From the human T2T-CHM13v2.0 reference genome, Homo sapiens: a DNA stretch of 64,000 bases. Below the pieces are notes generated by a model. That model worked only from the letters and a program-made list of their open reading frames with translations. It was not told the DNA's origin and did not search any database. This document shows positions 1-10,579 of this stretch, piece after piece (position 1 is the stretch's first letter; each line of letters opens with the position of its first letter). Location of the stretch: the NCBI RefSeq assembly GCF_009914755.1, contig NC_060936.1; one strand, given 5' to 3'. A program made the translations under genes and the position numbers.

Positions 1-19
1 ATATATATATATAAAACCC

Positions 20-320
20 AAATTAGCTTTTTGTCTGTCATGTATGTTGCAGATCTATTTCCCCAATCTGTTGACTTTTGACTTTGAGACATTTTTCTCT
101 CATAGAAAGTTTTAATTTTTATGGAGTCAAATTCATTAGTCTTCTATTCAAAGACTTCTTTGTGGGTATAGTGTTTCACTTTAGGATGATAAAGAAGTTG
201 TAGATATGGATAAAGGAGATGATTTTACAAAACTGTGAATATACTGGATGCCACTGAACTGTACATTTAAACACGGTTAAAATGTTAAGTTTTATGTTAT
301 ATATATTTTACCACCAAAAA
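20..320. mobile_element. Old L1M fragments, including a + strand L1M 3' end (~165-320)
   Basis: 'gtgaatatactggatgccactgaactgtacatttaaa...ggttaaaatgttaagttttatgttatatatattttaccaccaaaaaa' is the typical L1MB/MC/ME 3' terminus; 20-160 resembles reverse-strand L1 ORF2 remnant. Confidence 0.6.
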
Positions 321-2115
321 AGGGCCAGGCTTAGATGTTTATAGGTTAGGGGTTTGGAGTACCTTTAAAATTTGTTTCCCTCCAGGGCTCTAATTTATAA
401 AACACCCACACAAGAAAAATAGATACTGACTTCACAAATCTCCTTACAAGTCCCACAGCAGAGGCTGTCTGGGAAAGCAGAGGTGGAAAAAGTCACATAA
501 ACTTGAGGTCAGTGTGAGACCTCCCATTGCCTACTCTGAAATCAGATGGAGGAAGGCATGCATGCTGGCTGAGCTGGAGAGATGAGCTGGGGTGGGCAGA
601 ACAGTGCTCCCATGAGCCTAGACCTTAAGTGCTCTCACATGCTCTCAGGCATGTATCAAATCAAGAAAGCAGCTAGGAGGGCAACACATCTACCTGTATA
701 CAGGGAGCTATGAAATATCTGAGCTGAGTAAGTGATGCACAAGGAGACAGAAGCAGTGTGACCTTTACACAGTGACCTGACTCAAATAATTTCAGGTTCT
801 CATTAACCAGGAGAGCTCCTCTTTCTCTCTGAGGTAGGTAAACTTGAGCGGGTAAAGTGGGAGTTGGGGATAATGGAAAAGAAATCCTGGTAGTATTTCC
901 TCTAACTCTGTTATAAATAAAAACATAATTCCCTTTCTCAGGGCCCAAATGTTAGGTGAAAAAATGTCATCTCAGTCATGTGATGTGGACTTTAGCAGAG
1001 CAGTACACACATGGTCATTGATTCCTTTCCCTCTGCATGTTGTGTGTTTTTTCAGTTTTATAATGTACCTGATCCACTTGTCTCATCATACTAGCTGAAA
1101 ACCAGGCCACTGAATGTCACACCAGGTGGCCAGCATGTCTGTGAAGGGCAGAAACTGGGGCAGCCAAACAGCTGGCAAAGGCCAGCTAGTAAGTACCCAA
1201 TGCCCACTCCATAGAGGACTCCACACTTAAGATAAGCAAGTGTCAGGCTGCCTCACTAGTTATCCCTCCAAATAAAAAAAAGAAGTAACCCCTCCAGGGA
1301 ACATGTGTGTGTACACACCAAAGTACATGCACACAGCTTCATGCAAAGGGGAAAGGCTGGGAAGGAACCAAACCCACCTCTGAACACCAGTTACTTGTGG
1401 TGAAGGGGCAGATGAAATCGACTGTCAGCATTACTCACCTTTTCAACTGATGAGCTATCATCAATTTTGGCAATTTCTCATTAAAAAAAGAGGCAATTTT
1501 CACGCCGTGGGTGATCACCCGGGTCCTGCAAAACTGAGCTACCAACAACCACCTGCACCACTTCCCATGAGGCCAAATAATGGCTTCCCTCAAAGCTCAG
1601 CCCTCCCACCCACCTCCCAGTCCTGTCCCATGCAGGGGGGTACTAGCCTCCTGGGGTAAAGGGATCCAGGCCAAATCCACCACAGAGATTGTTGGTGAAA
1701 CCAGCATGTACCCAAGGGCCTTTCCCCAACCTGGGCCATGTGCCCACTGCATCGATATACCTGTGCTTGCTCCCCTAGGACAGAGACTCCCTTTTCTTAC
1801 AGTTGGAATGAGGGATGAGGAGATTTATTGGTATCCTGTACAGGTTGGATGTTAACCTGATGTGGTGCTCTTGGAGAAGCTTGCCTGAGTTAGGCACTTT
1901 CTCAGCACATGGTGTGTGTGCTGTCCCTTCAAGCTGCAGAAGTCCCAGAAGGTAAGTGCTTCTGCAACCCCCATTTACTGGTGAGCAGGGGTCAGGTGAC
2001 CTGCATCTGGCCAAGCAGCTGCTAAGTGGCCAAGAGGCTAGACCTGCATCTCACTTGCAGAGGCCCTGCCTGGCTGCTCTGAGAATCATTCTGCCTCCTC
2101 CTCTTCCCTCCACAG

Positions 2116-4258
2116 CTCTCCTGGCTTCTATCCACAGCTGTGCTCCAGGTGGGGAACACCTATGGATGCACCAGGGTGCAGCTACTCAGACTGCAGCATG
2201 CAGAAGGGCCCGGGCTCTATGCTATTTCCATATCCAAGCCCAAGCTCATCTAGAGCTTCCACAAATCCAAGCCTCCGTGAATTCCCTGCAAGACCGAACT
2301 GAGCCCTACAACCCCCAACTACACTGGTTAGCTGCCAGTCCCAGCCCCTGCTCCCTCCTGGGCCCTTGTCTGTACAGTTCTGAAGTCCTGCAAGAATGTT
2401 GAGATCCTAAGCTGACTCTCACCCAAAGAGGTAAACAACCAGGGGCCTCCAGGTGAAGAGAACATACCCAGACAGGTTCTGCTGCCTGTAGGCTGGATGT
2501 CCTTCCCCCACAACATGCCATACTTGCCAGGCTGGAAGGGGGGCTCCAGAAACTTTGGAAACCTGGGCCTGTAGCTGGCATATGGAAAAGAGGCCTGGAA
2601 AAGCACCACTCCTGTGCCCCAGATGGAACCAGGTAATTAGGAAATACATGGGTACCAAGCCTGACCCCCCCACTCAGACCCAGGTGGGAACTGCAGCCGT
2701 GACTTGCCCCCTCTGCCACTCTGGCTGTACCACTACAGGAGGGAGGAACATCTGACCCCACATGTGAGTGGAGACGCTAGGTGTGGGCAGGTTCCAGTGG
2801 TTGCTGCAGCTGAACCTTCCCAAACAGATCCACGGGAAGCCATCTCAGATGGGTGCACACCTGGAGTGGGCAAGGACACCCCTCAGAGGGTGAGAGCCAT
2901 TGAGGAGGGCTATTACAGAGGCCCCTTTGCCTGCTCTGAGAACAGGCTGGGGGAGTATGGTGGACCTCTCCCTCCTCCCAGCTGCTTCCAGGAGCCACTT
3001 CTTTCGAGATGAGGCACTCTCCTGCCAGCCTGTTCCCATTTGGCTGCAATAGGCCATTGCCAACATTCAGAGAAAAGAAAGGAGCCTCACCTCTTTTCTC
3101 TGACACATGTTAGGCAGGTGTATGTCCGGGGGTCCTGGGGTAGAACCTGTTCATCTGCCCACCCCCAGGCTATGCTGGCTTCATCTTTTCTGTGTGATGG
3201 GGGTGGGGTGGGAATTACCAAGAGGTCATCACACAGGCTGTGAACAAGTTCTACAAGAGCCAGGTAAAACAGCACTGTCCTGGCATGCTGCCCAGCACCC
3301 AGCTGACACACACATCTCTTATTTGAAGCTTCCCCAAAGCAGGCTTTGAAGTCCAGGCTCCCTGAGAAGCCTGGGAAGGAGACTCTGCCAGGCTAAAGGG
3401 CCTATCCCCAAAGGTGCCAGCCTCACCAGTCTCATCCTGACAATCTTATCTTTGCCCTGAAGTTTTGGAGTGGGGGATAGGGAGAGAGCAGACACTGCAC
3501 ATTAGCCACCTTTCCAGAGAGCATCAGCCATCCAGACTGGGGCAGGTCAGACCTCCACTCAGACGTTTTTCTCACTGGTTGCCGGTTGGGGGAAGCAGCA
3601 CTTGTGAGCACCTGCCTGTCTCCTCAGATCCTGTTCAGAAACCCCATCTGTGCCTTTGGAGAGACTGCCCCCAGCACACAGGCCCAGCAACTGCCATCTA
3701 TGGCCCCCAGGACCTAATCCCCTTCTACATAGGGTTCGATTCCTACCCACTAGTCCCTGCCAGATATCCCATGCCTATCTCATTAAGAGAATGAGGCCAC
3801 ACAAACACACCCAGGCCTTCATGGTGATGGAGTGGCTGGGGTCCTACTTGCCCACCCCTCATTGCTGGTTCAGAACCAGCTGTCTGACCACATCCCTACC
3901 CTGAGGTGGGACTTTGGGGACATTGTCCACCAGGGTCACTGACCACTTTTAAAGTTCCAGGAACAGAGGGCCAGCTGTTCCCCTGGAAGTTTGGTACATG
4001 GGATAAGCCAAGGCTTGCCTTCAGGAACAGGTTTTCTGCCACATAGCTGCCCAAGACCTAGGGCATCCCCAAGTTCGTGTGAAGCCTGCCTGCCATGTCC
4101 ACAGCCCATGCTGACCCCTCCTGGAGCCACTGGAATGCTTGTTCCTGGGCATGTGATAAGCCCAGACAGCTTCAGCCTTGCAGGACAACTATGCACATCT
4201 GGCAGCAGTAGCCACAGGGCCTATAGAAAGAAGTTGGAGGTGAAACCAGATGCTATGA
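2116..4258 (+). pseudogene. Unprocessed FAM166A (CIMIP2A) pseudogene, six recognisable exons
   Basis: Exon remnants: 2116-2326 (GFYPQL..VGNTYG..QLL..MQK..SKPP*IP..DRTEPY), 2378-2632 (PPGEENIPRQVLLP..YGKEAWKSTTPV), 2725-2848 (LYHYRREE..ETLGVGRFQ), 3169-3263 (GYAGFI..NYQEVITQAVNKFYKSQ), 3628-~3745 (LFRNP..IYGPQDLIPFYIGF), 4176-4258 (LQDNYA..GSSSHRAY). These match the recalled FAM166A protein in order. Most GT-AG sites are kept; frameshifts and stops are present; both splice sites of the 2725-2848 exon are mutated; exon 1 not found. Confidence 0.85.
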
Positions 4259-4264
4259 GAATAC

Positions 4265-4270
4265 TTTATT
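4265..4270 (-). terminator. AATAAA polyadenylation signal of the tubulin pseudogene
   Basis: tttatt at 4265-4270, about 150 nt downstream of the tubulin TAG stop. Confidence 0.7.
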
Positions 4271-4418
4271 AGGCAAAACCGCATACTATAAAAGTGCTTC
4301 AAAATGCAGCAGGAGGAGATGGGAAGACAAAAATGAACAAGTGCATAGTGACATATGGCTGTCAGAACACGGTAAAGAATCCACACTGCTTCCCCCCTTT
4401 ACCCAGGAAAGGAAAGTT

Positions 4419-6600
4419 CTAGGCCACCTCCTCCTCAGCATACTCCTCAAACTTCTCGTTAGCTGTGGCATCCTGATATTGCTGATATTCCGACACAAGG
4501 TCGTTCACATTGCTCTCGGCCTCCGTGAAATCTGTCTCGTATGTGCCCTCACCCGTTTACCAGTGGAGGAAGGCCGTGCACCTGAACATTGCTGTAAACT
4601 GCTCTGAGACACGCTTAAAGGGTTCTTGGATGGCTGTGTTGTTTCCAATGAAAGTGGACGATGTTTTTAGCCCCTGGGGTGGGATGTCACAGACGGCTGT
4701 TTTTGTTATCGGGGAGCCAGTCAAAGTAGCTGTTCTTATTTTGAATGTTGAACATTTGTTCATCCACCTCCCTCATGGAGATGTGACCCCTGAAAATGGC
4801 TGCTGCCATTAGGTAATGGCCATGGCGGGGGTCACAGGTGTCCATCATATTCTTAGCATCAAACATCTGCTGGGTAAGGTAAGCTCAGCCACGGGCAGGG
4901 CCCTGTACTGCTGGCTGCCCTGGCTGGTCAGTGGGGCAAAGCCAGTCATGAAGAAATGCAGCTGGGGAAATGGGACCAAGTTCACCACCAGCTTCCACAG
5001 GTCAGCATTCAGCTGGCCTGGAAAGCACAGGCATGTGGTGACCCCACTCATGGTAGCAGACACCAGGTGGTTCAGGTCACCATAGGTGGGTGTGGGCAGT
5101 TTTAGGGTAGTGGAACATATGTTGTATAGAGCTTCGTTATCTATGCAAAAGGTCTCATGGGCATTTTCTATGAGCTGGTGGACTGAGAGCACTGTAGGGC
5201 TCTACAACGATGTCTGACACCTTGGGCAAGGGTAGGACGCTGAATTTGTTTATGATCCTGTCTGGATACTCCTCCCGGATCTTACTAATGAGAAGGGTAC
5301 CCATCCCAGACCCAGTCCCCCAACCCAGGAAGTGGGTCAGCTGGAAACCCTACAGGCAGTCACAGCTCTCAGACTCCTTTCTGACAATGTCCATCACTGA
5401 CTCCATCAGTTCCGCGCCTTCTGTGTAGTGCCCCCTAGCCCAGTTGTTTCTGGCCCCACACTGACCTGTAAGACAGTACAGCCAGTCACTCAATGGCCAG
5501 GTATATGGTCATCAGTGGTCACCACAATGCAAAATGCTCCAAGTGTCACGTGTGAGGTGAGAGCACCATTCACCCTGCAGGTGGAGCAAATGAAACCCCC
5601 TACCCCAGAGTTACAGGACAGCAGCCTCCCCTGTTAGAAATTAGATCAGGAGCCAAACCTGAGACAGGCTAACAGACCTCACTGCAGGTGGCTCCTGCCC
5701 ATTTCCAGAGAAGGCAGTAGCCACGGCCCCAGCTCAGCTGCCTACAGGGAGTTTACATCAGTAGCTCCTCACCTTGAGGAGACACCTGGGGGTTCCTCCC
5801 AAAGCCCGTTTAGGAGAGGCAGATTGAGCTAGTGGGAGGATAGGAGGGTGTTCAGTGGCCCTGGCTCCACAGTTCCCACAACGATGACCTTGGGGCACTC
5901 CTAGATTTTGAGCTACCCTGGCTAAGGAGCTGCACCCCAGTCCTCACCCGCAGCTCACCAAAGATGAAGTTGTCTGGCCTGAAGATCTGCCCCAAGGGCC
6001 CCGAGCGCACAGAGTCCATGGTGCCTGGCTCCAGATCCATGAACACAGTGCGGGGCACGTACCTGCCACCTGAGTGGGACCGGAGAGCATTAGCGAGGGG
6101 AGGGTCGCCGTTCCCAGGAGAGTGGTTGGGGAAGGACTGGGGTCTCACCGCTGGCCTCATTGTAGTACACGTTGATACGCTCCAGCTGCAGGTCACTGAT
6201 CCCGTGGTAGGTGCCTGCGGAGTCGATGGCATGTTCATCAGAGTTCACCTCCCAGAACTGCAAGAGATTGGAGGGGCCAGACGAGCCAGGGCTGAGTCAG
6301 GAGGCCAGGACGCCGGAGGCGCCCCAGTCCCTCTCCCACCCCCACCCGCACCCCCATCCCTAGGCCGCAGTGTCCCTGAGATCCACACTGGCCGTCTCGC
6401 CAGCCGGCCAGTTCCACCGCGTCCCCAGCAGGGAGCCCAGGGGCCGCAAACGCAGGGGCGCCACCCCCGCCACTGCCACTACCAACATCTTCTCTGGCCA
6501 CCCGGCAGGCCCGAGCTGGGCCCTCAGAGCCCCGGCTGCCAACCTTGGCGCCGATCTGGTTCCCGCACTGCCCAGTCTGCGTGAACGCTATCTCCCTCAT
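4419..6600 (-). pseudogene. TUBB8P4: Unprocessed TUBB8-family beta-tubulin pseudogene (probably TUBB8P4)
   Basis: Exons 6600-6544 (57 nt, MREIAFTQTGQCGNQIGAK), 6257-6149 (109 nt, [11 protein letters not shown] as in TUBB8), 6069-5959 (111 nt) and 5465-4419, all with canonical GT-AG. Lesions: TAG at codon 131 (5352-5350), 5-nt deletion ~5190, CTTAC duplication ~4875, 2-nt deletion ~4703, TAA at 4559-4557. C-terminus EEYAEEEVA*. The exact symbol is inferred from gene order and is less certain than the family call. Confidence 0.9.
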
Positions 6601-6725
6601 GGCCAAGGCAGGATTAGGGCGGCAGGAGAAACGCGAGGAGGAGCAGACGCGCAGTGACCCAGCCCGCCCTCCGCCAACGCTGAAATAGCCCCACGCCCAC
6701 CTCCCTCAACCTCGGATTGGGCTCC
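6601..6725 (-). promoter_or_regulatory. Relic tubulin core promoter in a CpG-rich segment
   Basis: TATA-like GGCTATTTCA (~6681-6690), CCAAT (attgg 6716-6720) and GC boxes; CpG-rich from ~6240 to 6715. Confidence 0.5.
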
Positions 6726-8323
6726 CAGAATAAGCAACAGCTTTACTTCCTCACAGGTGTACCCACCTCTGAATCCCTTGGAGTTGAACGTCTGTTGGAG
6801 AGCTCAGGTGGCCTTGCTGTTGTCCTTTCCACGTTGGGGAAAGCTGGTCAGCTGGAGAACTTCCTCCCATGTCTTTAGTAGGACTAAATCCCTAGCTGAG
6901 CTGAAACTGAATGTTCCTCCCATGGGGGAGGGGAAGACTCTTGTTTCCATATTCACAGAGTGCCTTTGCACCTGTCCTAGATTGGTGACATATTTTTGTA
7001 ATTGATGAGTCTTTTCATCTATTAGGAGATCTGTGGTTAGGAAAGGCCTTCCATATGTTAACTCAACAGGACTTAATTATAAGTTTAACTTTGGAGCAGT
7101 TCAAACCCTCAGTAAGCTATGGGGGTCAGAGATAGTCAGGCCTTTGATTTAGCTAGTCTTCTTTACAGTAGGATTAGCCCTTTCACCTTTCCAGAGGACT
7201 GCAGTCTCCAGGCAGAGTGAAAGTAATATTGGATTCTTAAAGCTGAGGATAGGTATTGGGATATGCCTACTGTGAAAGATGGGCCATTGCCACTTTGCAG
7301 GCTTTTAGATTACCCAAACTGAGGAATTATTTCTTCTGGTAAACATTTTTCAGATGGGTGGTGAATGCCTCGATCTAACCAGTGAAGGTATCAGTAAGCA
7401 TTAGCAAATATTTGAATCTCCTGCAGAAAGGCATCTGAGTAAATTAGAGTTGCCAGTTCTAACCTGGATAGGTTCCTCAGTGTTAGGTTTAACTGGAGAA
7501 GGAGAAAATTGTTGGCCATTTGGGTCATGTCAGCACAGAGCTCACAGGACTGAGTCACCTGTTTTAGTGTCTTGAAAAGATTTACCCCCATAAACAAATG
7601 AGACATTAACAGAAACAAAAAATCCCTTCTAGGGTGAAAAGAATCATAAAAGTGCTGAATTATTTTCCTATGATTGGTACTTGGCGTTAGTAATTTATTA
7701 CCATCATTCAGCCAGCCACAGGGGTCCTGGACTGAACTGCAAACCCTGGCCCATTTTTGTTCTTCTTCAGAGTATTCTGGCCCAGTTCTATGTATGCTGA
7801 CCAGCACGCCCATAAGCTTCTTTGGCCCTTTCAGTGCAGGGGCCTTGGCTGTGGTGTCTACAAGGGCATTTCCTTTTACGTGGTCAGTCTATCTTTTGAG
7901 GTCCTCTGCAATTAATTATAGTCATTTTTGGCAGCAAAGCAGCATTCTAACAAGCTCAAAATCTGAATGATGTTGTATGGAAAAGCCCTTGGAGGTCAGG
8001 AGTTCCTATCCATTCCAAATTGCAGCGTAAACATGAAGCACTAAAAAAATCATACTTGGAATCAGTGTAAATGTTAACTTTTAAATCCTTTCCCAACTGC
8101 AGGGGCCTAGTAAGTTCAATTAACTCAGCTTTTTGAGCTGAGGTAGAGACCAGCAATACTTGTGCCTTGATTCTCTTGTGCTGACTAATAATAGTATATC
8201 TAGTCCTTCTGTTTTCCTGATGCATAAAACAACTTGCATCTGTTAACCACTCTTCCTTGGGATGGTCAAGGGGCTCATCTCTCTTAAGTCTGGCCTCCTA
8301 GAATAAATTTGTTTTATAACCCG

Positions 8324-8975
8324 TGACATACTTTGGCTGTGTCCCCAGTCAAATCTTATCTTGAATTGTAGCTCCCATAACTCCCATATATCATGGGAGG
8401 GACCCAGTGGGAGGTAATTGAATTGGGGGATGGGTCTTTCCCATGCTGTTCTCATGACAGTGAATAAGCCTCATGAGATCTGATGGTTTTCATTTATTTA
8501 TTTATTTTTGAGACATAGTCTTTCTCTGTTGCCCAGGCTGGAGTGCAGTAGCATGATCTTGGCTCACTGCAACCTCTGACTCCTGGGTTCAAGTGATTCT
8601 CCTGTCTCAGCCTCCCGAGTAGCTGGGATTACAGGCACCCACCACCACGCCTGGCTAATTTTTGTACTTTTAGTATAGACGGGGTTTCACCATGTTGGCC
8701 AGGCTGGTCTCAAAATCCTGACTCAGGTGATCCACTGCCTTGGCCTCCCAAAGCGATGGGATTACAGCTGATGGTTTTATAAAGGGGAATTTCCCTACAC
8801 AAACTCTTTTGCCTGCTGTCATGTAAGAGATGTGACTTTGCTCCTCATTTGCCTTCTGCCATGAGTGTGAGGCCCCCCAATCATGTGGAACTGTGAGTCA
8901 ATTAAACCTCTTTTCTTTATAAATTACCCAGCCTCAGATATGTCTTTATTAGCAGCATGAGAATAGACTAATACA
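8324..8975 (+). mobile_element. THE1 (MaLR) solo LTR inserted in the ERV pol region
   Basis: Starts tgacatactttggctgtgtcccc, ends gaatagactaataca; 5-bp TSD acccg/acctg. Confidence 0.9.
8491..8767 (-). mobile_element. AluS, slightly 5'-truncated, inside the THE1 LTR
   Basis: Alu body with TSD ctgatggtttt at 8480-8490 and 8768-8778. Confidence 0.95.
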
Positions 8976-10227
8976 ACCTGTATGCCAGAAAGGCTGGGAG
9001 CACCTGTGGACTCTGGCAGATAAGTAGCTGGGTTTATGGTTTGTCAGGCTTTAAAGGTTATGTCTGGAGTGTCTAGCAATAAGGCCTGATACTTTCATAA
9101 ATATTCTCCTATTATCCACTGGTGACTTTTATCTTCCAGGACCACCTTCCCTTGGTGTGAGGTCAAAAACCTGTAGGTGCTGTCCTAATGTTAGTTTATT
9201 AGCTTTGCCTACTAGAAAAGTTGTATCAGCAATAGCTCTAAGACATCAAGGCCATCCTGAGGCCACCTGGTCTATCTTCTTAGAAAATTAGGCTACTGGC
9301 CTTGGAATGTTCCCATTTTGGGACAAGATTACCCAAGGCCTGTGTCTTGCTTTTTGGCTACATAAAGCAAAAATGGTTCATCCAACTTGGGGACTCCCAC
9401 AGCTGCAGCAAAGCCCAATTTCTCCTTGAGAGTATTGAAGGTTTGCTTGCAGTTCTAATTACATTCTAGGAGCTGTAAATCATTCCCTTTAGTGTATCAT
9501 ATAAAGGGTTGGCTACATGTCCCAATCTGGGCACCCATAAGCAGCAGTACCCAGACATCTCCTAAAAAAGCCCACAGTCATTTGTTGGACTGGGACCCTT
9601 GGATGACTAAAACAACTTTTTTATCTTCTAGGGATGTTGATCAGTTCCAGAGGTTAAGACAGATTCCAAATATTTAAGTCTTTTAGTCAAAATCTGAGCC
9701 CTGTATGGTGATACCCTATATCTGTAAGTTCCCAGGAAAGTTACCAGTTTAACAGTATTATTTGAGTCTTCTTTAGTTGGGCTAGCAATGAGCAAGTCAC
9801 CTACATACTGAATAATTGTGTCCCTTTCCAATTGTAGATTTCTTAAGTCCTTAGCTAGAGCATTTTCTAATAAGTGGGGGCTATCCTAGAACCCTTCAGA
9901 GATGACAGTCCAGGTTAATTTTGCGGCTGAATGCGTATCTGGATCAGTCCATTCAAAGGCAAACATATTGTGAATCTGGATGCATTGAGATGCAGAAAAA
10001 TGAGTCTTTCAGGTTTAAGAATGTAAACCAGCTTGCATCCCCTGGGACTTGGGTAAGTATTGGGGACAATGAGGTGTACGGAGACAACTGCATTTATTAA
10101 TGCTCTAAGGTTTCTGACAAATCTATAATTGCCATTAGGCTTTTCATCTGGTAACATGCGAGTATTGTAAGGAGACTCTCATGGCCTTAATAACTCATAT
10201 GGCAAGAATTTAGCAATAAGGGTTTGA

Positions 10228-10579
<352 letters not shown>

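Noticed and set aside
1430-1600. Possible snRNA pseudogene (ttactcacct start, aattttgg motif)
   Set aside because: No continued similarity to U1 or U4 beyond a few bases
5964-6584. 206-aa + strand ORF
   Set aside because: Antisense shadow of tubulin exons and GC-rich introns
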